DNA of 62,947 nt, the filler included, from Olpidium bornovanus S191 (Eukaryota > Fungi > Olpidiomycota), in the NCBI GenBank assembly GCA_017911155.1. It is 32 parts of 32 records of this genome, joined end to end, with 100 filler letters (N's around TTAATTAATTAA, not from the genome) between each part and the next. Parts side by side here need not be neighbours in the genome. Positions count along the whole stretch, not along the records: positions 21,948 to 24,054 come from JAEFCI010012563.1; positions 24,155 to 25,640 come from JAEFCI010008979.1; positions 25,741 to 28,158 come from JAEFCI010005108.1; positions 28,259 to 29,637 come from JAEFCI010012127.1; positions 29,738 to 30,797 come from JAEFCI010006157.1; positions 30,898 to 32,900 come from JAEFCI010010565.1; positions 33,001 to 35,255 come from JAEFCI010007837.1; 25 more parts are not named here. One strand, written 5' to 3'. Below are positions 22,239 through 33,192 of the stretch, piece by piece. The notes under the pieces are model-generated. The model was given only the letters and a program-made list of their open reading frames with translations. It was not told where the DNA came from and made no database searches. The position numbers and the translations under genes were made by a program. Within the stretch, counting starts at the first letter, position 1; each line of letters begins with the position of its first letter.

Positions 22239-24042
22239 ATGACCAATGCCGACGCCGCGCTTCCGCCCCAGGCGGTCCCCGTCACCGACGACGGCGGGAT
22301 AGCCAAGATCGTGCTTCAGCCAGCGCCGGACGGCCGCCGCCCGGAGCCTAGGTGGGAGAAGGGGAGCAACGCGAAGCTGCACTTCGCCGCCTACACCTTC
22401 GCGCCGGAGGGGCGTCCCGCAAACAGCGCCGGCGCCGCCGGGGGCGCGCGCGACGAATGCCGCCGCCACGCCGCGGACGACGGCGGAGGCGGCGGCGGCG
22501 GCAGATGCTGTGCCCTCGGCCGGCTTCTGGGTCCGAAAGCCGCGGTGGACCCGGCGGCGTTGGAGCCGGCCGCGAAGGGAGAACGGCCGCCGCTAGGCAC
22601 CAAGCGGAAGATCAGGGACACGAGGGACCCGGAGTACGAGGGGGCGACGGAGCCGGGGAAGCCGTTCGACCTGCGGATCGGGAGGCAGTTCATGATGCCG
22701 GCGCTGGAGCTGGCCGTGCGGAGCATGCGCGTCGGCGAGAGGGCAAAGTTCTTGGTCATGTCCGAGTACACCGACGTGCGTGCCGACCCGCCTCGTCTCC
22801 CGCTTCACTTCCCCCCTCCTCACTTCTCCGGGCGCGCATCAATAAAAAAAACTGCCTGCTTGCCATCATTTCCACTTTGCGGGCTCCTTCGCCGTCTGGA
22901 ACGCTGATCGTGCGCGGTCCCGGCTTTCTCTCTCTTTCTCGATCTTTCTCGTTCACCTTCCGAAACCCGCCGCGATCCCGACTCAAAACTCCCGCACCTG
23001 TCACGACGCGGCGGGCGGGGGCGTTCTTTTTTCCCAGGGTTACATCCGGCTTGAAACCCTTCTCCGCAAGGAGGCCAAGAAAGCGCGCGCCATCGCCCGC
23101 GGAGAGCCCCTCTCCTCTATCCCACCGTTCCGCCACTCGGGCTGCGCGGCGGCCATGTGCGCAGAGCTCGCGGAGCCCGAGAATTGGGACTTGGCCAACC
23201 TTTCCTCCGCGCCCATGGAGCTGGACATCCACCTGCTGGAGCTGGAGGAAGCTGGACAGTTCGCAAAGGAGATCTGGGAGATGTCGTCGGGCGAGAAGTG
23301 GGCGGAGGCCCGCGCTCTCAAGGAGCGCGGGGGCTGCCTTTACAGGGAGGGGAGGGTGGCCGAGGCGAGGGACTCGTACGCTCGCGCGCTGGCCCTCCTG
23401 GAAAGCCTAGCGATGTCTCCCGAGGTCATCGACTCGCAGCGCGACGCGAAGGCCGAGAGCGAGCGGGCGGAGAAGGAGGAGCGAGAGCGGAGGCGGCGGC
23501 GGCGGCAGAAGCCGACGGACGCCGGCGGGGCCGGCGCCGGCGCAGCCTCCGAACTGGGAGACCGGGAGCCCGAGGAGCGGGCCGCGACGCCGGCGCCGGA
23601 CGCCGGTTGGCCGCAGGAGGGCGAGAAGGCCGGCCCGACGGCGGTCCTGAAGGACGGCTCAGAGCTCCGCTTCTCGGACCTGGAGCTGCTCACGCGCCAG
23701 TGCCGGCTCAACTACGCGGCCTGCTGCCTTCGGCTCGACAGGAGCGTCGGCGCCAAGGCCGACCTCCCTCACCAGGGCGCGCTCCAGGCCGCGGTGGAAC
23801 AGTGCACGAAGGTGCTGCAGGACGACCCGCGCTGCGTCAAAGCGCTGTTCCGCCGGGCGCAGGCGTACTCGCGCATCGGCCGCGACCTCGACCTGGCCGA
23901 GCGCGACCTGGCCGACCTCGTGGAGAGGGGCCTCATGAACGCCGACGACCCGGAACTCGTCGCCGAGAACAGGGTTCTCCGGGCCAAGACGAAGGCTGCG
24001 AGAGAGACGGAGAAGACTATGTTCCAAGGCGTTTTCTCGTGA
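22239..24042 (+). CDS. AIP: AIP/AIPL1-like FKBP-TPR co-chaperone, complete. Exons 22239-22775, 23038-24042
   Basis: DDGGIAKIVLQ..RWEKGSNAKLHF; GKPFDLRIGRQFMMPALELAVRSMRVGERAKF; PMELDIHLLELEEAGQFAKEIWEMSSGEKW..LKERGGCLYREG; LNYAAC; VKALFRRAQA; C-terminal MFQGVFS*. The order and motifs parallel human AIP (MELIIGKKFKLPVWE; YQQDPWAM; RFRGIFSH). Confidence 0.88.
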
Positions 24043-24549
24043 AGGGCCGGTGGCNNNNNNNNNNNNNNNNNNNNNNNNNNNNNNNNNNNNNNNNNNNNTT
24101 AATTAATTAANNNNNNNNNNNNNNNNNNNNNNNNNNNNNNNNNNNNNNNNNNNNAAGGTTACGCCGGTCAACGGCTCTATTTTAGGGCGGGCGCGGACGC
24201 GGGCGCGGACGCGGACGCGGACGCAGACGCGGGCTTCCACGTGGACGTATGTGCGCGGACGTGGACGCCCCCATGTGTGTTCTCCGCGTGTGTGTGTTCT
24301 CCACGTGTGTGTGTGTCCGCGCGCGTGTGTCGGTCGGTGCACAGGTCCGTCCCAGTGTGTGGGACAACCAGGCTTGTGTGGCCTGGTGTGTAGGGAACCC
24401 GCATGCGTGTGGAAGCACCACATGTGTGGGAGTCCCATGCGGGAATTTCCAAGGGGGGCCCACACACCGGCTGGTGTGTCCCGTCCGGCGGGTCATGAGA
24501 GCGCAAGTCGGAGAGACCGGTCACACCGATTGGTCCTGTCAACACACAC

Positions 24550-25440
24550 CTATCTTGGCGCTATCCGCATGCCTGTGACAGTAAAGGTGAACAATAGTAG
24601 CGTCTCAAGCCAGTTGGACATGAGGACGCCCATCTTATCGCTGCGGCCGTTGAGCCACTGCAAGGCGGCATGGTCCGTATAGACGGTAAAATGGCGGCAA
24701 CGGAGGTGGTACGCGAACCGGTTCACGGCGAAAACGATACCAAGTAATTCCCGCTTGGCTGCGGAATACTGGCGTTCCGACTTGATTAACGCCCTGCTGG
24801 GAAAGCCGAGAATCCGTTTGCGTATGTCCTCCGCTGCTGGCCTGGAAGAGCATTGCTCCGAACCCGAGAGAAGAGGCATCGGTGGCCAGCGCAAAGCGGA
24901 GGTTGGGGTCGGGGTGTTCGAGGACGGGCGCGTTGCTCAAGAAGCGTGTCCCAAGCGCGTTGGTGGTCCGCAGCCCATAACCCTGTTAGGTAATCCTTGG
25001 GTTTAAGCAGCTCCAGGACCGCCGCAAGCTTGGCGTTCACGGAGGCGCGCTGGCGGAAGAAGTTGAAAAGACCGAGAACGCGACTGAGCTGAGCGCCAGT
25101 CGTCGGGGCGGCCCATTGGAAGATGTTCCGCAGCTTGCTGCGGTTGACGCCGACACCGGAGACGCCCACGACGAACCCTAGGCCGTAGACACGATGCACG
25201 GCAAATGTGCATTTTAGCCATTCAATGAGAAAGTTGTTCGCCGTGCGTCGGTGGATCACGACCTCTACATCAGCAGCGTGGTTGGAGAAGGATGTCGATC
25301 CGATGAAGACGTCGTCAACATGAGATTGGCCGCGCCTGCCCGCCAGAACAATATTGATGACACGCTGATATTTAGATGTTAACGGCTTGAGGCCAAATGG
25401 GGCGATCAGAAACATGTATTGCTGGTTGCGCCTCGTGAAT
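24550..25440 (-). mobile_element. Decayed Ty3/Gypsy pol (RT-RNase H), truncated before the integrase
   Basis: PFGLKPLTSKYQRVI...HVDDVFI (YVDD degenerate), LGFVV, VLGLFNFFR, APVLEHPDPNLRFALATDAS..GFGAMLFQ, SERQYSAAKRELLGIV, FTVYTDHAAL. Frameshifts present. Confidence 0.95.
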
Positions 25441-25767
25441 GAGAGGGATTGTTGTGACGGGGTTGAAAGGCGTTGTGTTTATTATAGAAGCCAGTGAGGT
25501 TTTACGTACTTCAAAGGGTCACCTGCCCAGGTGGCATCGAAGGGGGAGGCGAAATTGAAGGGGAGCCACGTGGCATTGGGATCGATGCAACAGAGGTTGA
25601 CATCGAAGGGAGGATTCATACAATATCGAATGGGAGGAGGNNNNNNNNNNNNNNNNNNNNNNNNNNNNNNNNNNNNNNNNNNNNTTAATTAATTAANNNN
25701 NNNNNNNNNNNNNNNNNNNNNNNNNNNNNNNNNNNNNNNNCCCCCCGCCCCTTTTTTTTTTTGTTAG

Positions 25768-26405
25768 CGCTCCACGATCTCCAAGGCAGCCAGCTTTCCA
25801 ACTCCGTCAAGGGCGGCGGGATCCGCCTGTCGTACTCTAAGAACCCCCTGGGCGTGCGGCAGCACCACTTCCCGGCGCCGGCCGCGTTCCAGAACAGCTG
25901 CTCGTTCGGCGTCGTCCCCGGCGGGGCGGCGGAGGCTTTTTGCACGAACCCCGTCAACCCCGCGCGCGACGTCGCCGCCTACGGCGGGGTCTTCCGCGAC
26001 GCCCCCTTCTTTCTCGCCGCCGGCGCCGACGGGCTTTCTGGCTACGCGGGCTCGCTGCGCCGCGAGGGGATGAACGTCGAGGACGCCTGCGGCGCCGACG
26101 CGAACGCCGACGTCGGGGCCGTCGGCGACCCGGTTTCGCCGACACAGCAGCAGCAGCAGGCCGCCACTCTCGTCCCGCCGCTTGCCGGCGTGCCCTCGTG
26201 CCACTCGTCCGGCCTCGTTTCCTCCGGCCCCCGGAGCTCCGGAAGCAGCAGCCCCGATCCCATCGGCACCCGCGCCGCCGGGGAGCACGCCACGAATCCC
26301 AGCACAGAACACACCACCGACGCCACGGCCGCCAACTCCAACGCGGTCTCATCGTCCTGTTCGCCATCCGTCGCCGGAGGCGACCGCACCGGACAGGACT
26401 GCTAG
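25768..26405 (+). CDS. Whi3/Whi4/Scw1-type RRM RNA-binding protein, last exon
   Basis: The acceptor TTGTTAG is followed by LHDLQGSQLSNSVKGGGIRLSYSKNPLGVR, the characteristic RRM C-terminus of this fungal family, then a low-complexity tail. Confidence 0.85.
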
Positions 26406-28105
26406 AATCCCATTTAGACAAGACACGGACGTATCGCCGCTATCTGTTTTAATTATTTTGGTTAACTGCCGTACTTAGACTACCCAGGCAATTTCGGGCT
26501 TTTTTTCTGTTAGCAGGCTTCGCCCCGCCATTTCATAACCCGCCCCCAAATCTTCCTTTCCATTTGACATTTTATTGTATGTATCGGTGTTTCGTCTCTC
26601 GATTTTTTTGCTATACTTGCGAAGCCATACCACCCAAGGCGGCAAGGAGACGTGACCCAACCATACCCGATAACAAACAAAAAAAAAACCCCCCTGACCT
26701 TCCTCCCCCGCCCTTCCCTGTACTACGAACTCCAGTTTCTACAGTCTAGACACCCCAGCAAACACCCATTGCCCAACAGTGCTTTTTGGTGCCTACGTGA
26801 TACTTTCTGTACATTCCACTTTTTTATTCCCTCCTCGACAATGCAAATTTGAGGCCCCCCCTTTTCTGTTCCCGCCATTTCATTTGGCGGGCTTATCTGA
26901 CAAAATCGGAACCAGCAAAACGGGGCCCGCCTCGGCCAAGCGGTTTTTTTTCCTTTCTTTTTTCTTGTTACGTGAGAACGGGGTGAACGTTCTTCTCGGG
27001 GATTTGATGGAATGCCGACTGGAATTGAACCATTTTAAAGGATTTGCAATCACTAAGCTAATCACATATTTCACCAAATAAGGGAGATATTACAGAAAGA
27101 GACAGCGCAGACCCGGGGGGAGGGTGTAGAATTTCTCGAACGGTCACGGCTCTCAAACCATCCCCCCCCGGTCTCCATCTCCCTCCCCCCTCCCCCTTTT
27201 TTATGGCATTTTTTCTCGAGATTTCCCTCCCCCCCGGCTCGCCGTGCCTTCTCCGAGATTTTCCCGCAAGCCTTCAGGGGCTGTTTTTTTTTTCTTTTTG
27301 ATAATCTGACAGACACGGCGAAGCAGCTGTTTGTTCGTTGCGTGTTCAGCGTTTGCCGAAGGTACAATACGAAAGATTCGCACCTCGTCATTTCGACATT
27401 CCCCGTTCCTCAGAGTGAAATAATCATGCGAGTTCAGTTTCACGGCAGTGCCGCCAACGTTCGCCCCGGCATGGGAAGGAATACCTCCCGCCGCCGTCGA
27501 GCGGATCCTTTAGGTGGCCGGGCAAATTGCGTTCAACCTTCGCCATTGCCCCTTCGGCCACTGTGGGGAGACCCCGAATCATCAGCACTCCGCACCTGAA
27601 AGGCAGGGAAAGGCCACATCGGCCGATTCCACAAGCATACAATCTTCCAACACCGCGCTTCGGGGTAATTTTGGGCCGTAACTTTTCGGGTAGTTTGCTT
27701 CCAACCTTCACCGTCGTCTCTTCGGCCACTGCGGGGAGGTCCGGCTGGGCCCGGCTCCTGCTTTGGAGAAGCAGGAAGAGCAACGTCGAACTGCTTCCAC
27801 GTGCACACCTGAAACGGGAGGGGAAGAGGAAAGAAGGGAAGTCACGTGGCTGCAAGTCCTCACGCGCGGGCGACGGGAAAAAAAAAAAACCGCGGGGGTG
27901 AGGTGGTTCGCACCACCCCGGGCCGCCCGCCGCCGCCCCATTTCACCTTCCTTTCGCTCGCACGCTCCCGCGAGCACGGCGTGTCCGAGAGAAAAGAGGC
28001 GGGCGTTCACCGGCGCCCCCACCGCCAGCTGTCTGCCTCCCTCTCGCTAGTGCGCCCGCCGCCGCCCGCTCATCCCCGCTCCCGGGCTTGCTTTCCTTCT
28101 CTCGC

Positions 28106-28158
<53 letters not shown>

Positions 28159-28258
28159 NNNNNNNNNNNNNNNNNNNNNNNNNNNNNNNNNNNNNNNNNN
28201 NNTTAATTAATTAANNNNNNNNNNNNNNNNNNNNNNNNNNNNNNNNNNNNNNNNNNNN

Positions 28259-29637
28259 AACATGATGGATGTCGACGTCTGTCTGTTACGGATTGTCGTC
28301 TCCGTCACGATTACAGGGACCGGACTGGATGACAATCCGGAACTGAATTCGGTTGCGGCAGATGCGAGAGGTTCGGTTGAGATACCCTCTTCCGCCGTCG
28401 TGGAAGTGGATTCGCTGGAGCTTTGAGGCGTGATGGACGCCTCTCCGGTACCGATCGTTTCCGTCACAGTTACGAGGACCGGACTGGAGGACGGCCCGGA
28501 GCTGGCTTCAGTTGCGGTAGACGCGAAAAATTCAGTTGAGCTACCTTTTTCCGCCGACACGGAAGTTGATTTGCTAGAGCTTTCGGGCGTGGCGGACGTC
28601 TCTTTGATACCGACCGTTGTCGTCTGCGTCACGGTTACGGGGACAGGTCTGGAGGACGAGCCTGGGGTGCTTTCTGTTGCGGTAGACGATTGTTTGGCAG
28701 AAAGCAATCCGCTGGTGCTTTCGGACGGAGCGAAAGTCTCTCCGATCGCTGTCGTCGTCTCCGTGACCGTAGCGGCAGTTTGTCTGGAAAACGATTCGGA
28801 AATACTTTCTTCTGAGGTCGAGCTGGCCTCCTCCGCCGACAAGGAAGACGATTGGCTAGAGCCTTCGGACGAAATGGATGTTTCTTCCGAACCCGTCGCC
28901 GTCTTCGTCCCCGTGACAGTTACGGAGGCTTGACTGGCAAATGATTCGGAAATGGTTTCTTCCGAGGGTAATTTGGAAGATTCGGCTGAGCTGGTCTCTT
29001 CCGCGGACGCAGACGACTCCATAAACGTCGGAGTCTCCGTGGCGGACGCCGGTACATCAGATGTCTCGGAGGACGATGCTTCGGGCGTGAACGATTCTTC
29101 AGAGCTGGATTCTCCTGCGAAGGTTTCCGTCGTCGTGGCGACAGCCGTCGGCGATTCCGAAGTGGCCGCCGGCAAATCGGACGAGTTCGGTTCAGAGCCG
29201 GTTCCGGTCACCGCAACCGGCAGTGCCTCCGAGGAGGTTGACGCCGTGGGGCTCGCGGATTCGGTGGTGGTTTCGGTAGAACTTGATTCCTCGGCGGTAA
29301 ATGAAACACCAGCCGCTGTCGTCTCGGTGATGGTGATGGTGACGCGGCCAAATGTAATTGAGCTTTCCGTTGTGGACAGTACGGGGGCGGCGGTAGCCGC
29401 CGCCGACTCGGTCAAGGTTTCAGTGACGGTGCCGGCCGGTCCGACTGAACGGGAAGGTGCTGTCACCGTCCTTGCAGAGTCCGCCGAGCTGCGTCCCTCT
29501 GCGGACGCGCTACTGTGCTCCGCAGTCGTCTCCTCCGGGGTTGTAAGTTCCGTGGCCGACGGAGCTTCGGGCAACTCCGAGGACGTTTGCTCCTTGGCGG
29601 AGGTGGACTCCTCGGTGGGCTCGGCCGTGGATTCATG
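28259..29637 (-). CDS. Ser/Thr/Glu-rich mucin/adhesin-like protein with ~54-aa internal repeats (open at both ends)
   Basis: The whole contig is one stop-free frame. Repeats: PVPVTVTQTTTVGIKETSATPESSSKSTS...SSGPSSS / PVLVTVTETIGTGEASITPQSSSESTS...SSGLSSS / PVPVIVTETT. Confidence 0.8.
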
Positions 29638-29855
29638 NNNNNNNNNNNNNNNNNNNNNNNNNNNNNNNNNNNNNNNNNNNNTTAATTAATTAANNNNNNN
29701 NNNNNNNNNNNNNNNNNNNNNNNNNNNNNNNNNNNNNAGGCTGATCCGCCGATCTTGCATAAATCCAGTGAAGCGCTCTGGGCCCGACCGGTATCCGAGA
29801 CGAGCGTGTACGTTCCAGCGCTCCGAAGGTCAGTGACGGTGTCACAGGTGCACGC

Positions 29856-30797
29856 ATGGTAACAGCCGACGCGCACGCACGTCGGCTGAGCGAAGACGCG
29901 CTCGACGGCAACGCCCCGTGTGTCCTCACCTGGGTCAAAGGATGCCGTTCCGAGACATCGGCCGGCAAAGCCTTTGAACGGAAGCGATTCGTCGTGGCGA
30001 CAGTCGACGACGCCGCGTCGCTGCTCAGCAACTGGCATAACGACTTGTGTGAAATTATACCGACGCGCGCGTCCACACCACTGGTCCTCGACGCGGAGTG
30101 GTACTATTACCCTCGGCCCGACGTTCCGAGCACTGCGGCGGCCAGGAACGAGCGGTCCCGCGCCGCTGTCAAAGAGATTGTCCGCGCGCTCGTCGATTTC
30201 TTGGACACGTGCATCGACTGGACCCGTTACCCAGGAGCACGGATTGGTCAGGACGCTATATGTGTCGAGGAAAGCTTGCCTGTCGACGGGATACGCGCTT
30301 CATTCCACATCAAATGTTCGTATAGGCCGTCGTTGTGCGCGCATAACACATCCTCGGACTAAATCAGACGGTCGACGCAGGTTTTGCTCTTTCGTTCAGG
30401 ACGCTTCGGCTCCACCATCATTCGTTCGCTGTGTTGTTTGTGGGATTTCTTCTAGATCAGCGACGCGCGTACGCCATCCCTGACGAATTCTTTGTCCACC
30501 GATCGTCCCTGAGAGCCCTCGTTGATGCTGCCGGTGAGCTGTCCTTTCGGCGTCCGCGTCGTGTGGTCGGGTGTTATGCGCGCATAACACAGGTGGCAGA
30601 CCCCGATCCACTGGTCACTTTACAGGAGCGCTTGGCCGGAGACGTGGAACGGGGGGCAGCCCCGCACTTTTACACGGGGATTGACCTAGCGATATATACA
30701 TCCAACCGGTTGATGCGTGTGTGCGGTGCTTCGAAAAGTGTTTTCCCTCGAGGTCACCCCCAGCACGTGCCGCCGAGGTTTCTCCGGCCGTCCATGG
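29856..30797 (+). CDS. PRIMPOL: PrimPol-like archaeo-eukaryotic primase domain (3' partial), with one 80-nt intron at 30320-30399
   Basis: KRFVVATV..LCEIIP..PLVLDAEW (motif I, DxE), ASFHIK (motif II, SxH) and IDLAIYTSNRLMRVCGASK (motif III). Removing the GTATAG..TTCAG intron joins the two ORF-track fragments in frame. Confidence 0.75.
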
Positions 30798-31005
30798 NNN
30801 NNNNNNNNNNNNNNNNNNNNNNNNNNNNNNNNNNNNNNNNNTTAATTAATTAANNNNNNNNNNNNNNNNNNNNNNNNNNNNNNNNNNNNNNNNNNNNATG
30901 CCGGTCGCTCGTCTCTTCCCTCCCCCCCCCTCCCCCCCCCCCCCCCCCCCCCCCCCCCTTCCTTCCCTCCCGCCCAGCTTTCTTTTCCGTTCTGACGGAA
31001 ACTAG

Positions 31006-32900
31006 CCTTCGACGTCCCGGCGCAGGACGCACCGGTCGCCGCAAAGCAGGCGATCTGGCTCAGGAACCCGACGCTGCTGCCCGAATATCTGGGGCCCTTG
31101 CTCGACGCCTACGCCAGCGACGAAGAGCTGCACGCGGCTTCGCTGGAGATGGTGTGGCAGGTGGAGGGGGACGCCGGCGCCCAGCCGGGCACCTGGTCTC
31201 CAGGCGGTGCAGCCGCCGCCGAGGGAGTCACGACCGTCGGAATCACAGGGCGCGACATCGTGTCGTTGACGAAAATGAGGTAAAACGTTCCGAACCTACG
31301 TGGAGAGCGAAGGAGAGCCCCCCCCCCGCGCCTTGTTCATGAGCGCAAAGATCCGCAGCAGGGAAAACGACGCCGGTGTTTTTGGTCGTTTTTCTGCTTT
31401 GCGGCCTCACCCCGTAAATCTCCCTATCTCGGCGGGTTCAAACTTCAAGGCGATCATATCCGATCGTGAGGCAGATCATCAAAGCCTTCGGCGAAACCGA
31501 AGAGTTGTACGGGCAAATCATGCCGCTGTGCCGGTTGGGCTTCAGGAACGCCCTGGAAGCCTCCGGAAAGCGCGTTTACCCCGAGATGATCGGGACGCTG
31601 TCTTCAGACCTCATCATGACGCTGCACCAAAATCATTTCGAACATGTGAGGGGGAAGGGCGGCATTTTCACCAAAAGCAGCGCCGTCGGGTTCCTGATTA
31701 ATGCGATCCGGCCTTTCGCAGCTCAGCGGACACACCGGCGAGGAGATGCACACCCTCATCTGGAACATGGACGCTTGCAAGGGCGGCGGAGGTCTGCTTG
31801 ATATCTCGCGCATCCACGAGTTGAACGCAAAGTGCTTTGACCATCTGGAGCCCGACAGCCCGACGTATATGTACGAAAAAGCCCGAGCGCGGAATGCGGT
31901 GTTCAGGAAAATCGTGTGTTCTCTCTCCGAATGACATTTTTTTTTTGAGCGCTCCGAGTGACAATTTTTTTTTTTGATCTCCGGCGGGCGTCAGTGACGC
32001 GGCGATCGTGGTCCTGGATCCGTACACGCAGAACATGTTTGCGTCGACAATCCTGCATTGTCTGGAAGAGCTCGCTCCGCATATTCTCAACGGCCTCGAT
32101 GGACTGCGCCAGGTGCACCGCCATGCGAGCGACTTTCGTTTGCTCGGTTTGCCTCTGCAGGCCGCTGACTACCCACCGGCCGCAGGACCAGGAAAAGCTT
32201 TTAGCGACCGTCGAATGGAGCACGAATCTCGCCGAGTTAGGTCGGCGGGCGAAAAACATGATGGAGGTCCGGGCGCGCAAGATGCCGCACATCTTCGACT
32301 CCTCGTTCCGGAAATTCTACTGGGTTGGGATGGCGAGGATGATACAGCAGGATCTGGAGCGAGCGAAAAAAACGCCGGAGAAGCGGAGCGGCGCGCCCGC
32401 GCCGGCCGCAGGCGAGGAGCCGCTGGGGAAAGAGCACTACGGCCTGATGAACGAGCACGACATTCCCCTGAGGGTGTACGTGCACTACGTTCTTTCCCGG
32501 GTTGCGGCGGCGGACGCGCCGGGGGTGCGCCTGGGTCTGAGGCCGCTTCTCGCACCGGACGGTCCGCTGCCGTCGTTCCGCCACCTCTCCGCAGCCGCGT
32601 GGCAGTCCCTGGTAAGTGTCCTGCTCCGGCCGGCCCCGCTGCGCCGCCTCCTGTCGGCAGAGGACCCGACCTTCCGGCGCGCGTGCGTCGACGACGGCCT
32701 CCTCGTCGCGGCCTCGAGCGACGATTTCGCGAACCTCCAGCTCGCCCGCCTCGCTCTCGAGGTCCTCGAAGGCGCCGAGCGCCTGACGCCCGAGAACGCC
32801 GAGAGGCTCGACGAGGTGGACGCGGCCCGCGAGGTCGAGAAGGTCAGGCACACCGCCGCCGACGCCGCGCGCGGCTGGGCCGAAAGCGCGGCGCAGCATG
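31006..32900 (+). CDS. NELFB: Negative elongation factor B (COBRA1) homologue, multi-exon, partial at both ends
   Basis: Colinear matches to NELF-B: AKQAIWLRNPTLLPEYLGPLLDAY (~KRQIWQDNQALFGDEVSPLLKQY); RQIIKAFGETEELYGQIMPLCRLGF..GTLSSDLIMTLH (~RMVGKNVKLYDMVLQFLRTLF..CTLRAELLMSLH); HTLIWNMDAC (~HKFTWCLDAC); DAAIVVLDPYTQN (~DLSMILCDPFAIN); LAELGRRAKNM (~LLALGQGAWDM). Confidence 0.85.
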
Positions 32901-33192
32901 NNNNNNNNNNNNNNNNNNNNNNNNNNNNNNNNNNNNNNNNNNNNTTAATTAATTAANNNNNNNNNNNNNNNNNNNNNNNNNNNNNNNNNNNNNNNNNNNN
33001 CATGCCCGTTTCGCCGGCAAACACACAAAACGGCCCCGCACTCGAATTCTTCGCGGATGATGAAACGCGCGCAATCAGCTGCCAGATGATTCTGAAGCAT
33101 AAGAAGTGAGAGAAAAGAAGGGGGAATAGGGTTGTTGTGGAGTACGAGGGAGGAGGGGGGGGGATTATCACGGAAACGCTCCCGTCCCCCCC

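Noticed and set aside
29738-32900. PrimPol next to NELF-B, or GH32 next to AIP, as a functional gene cluster
   Set aside because: The genes are on separate contigs joined by artificial spacers.
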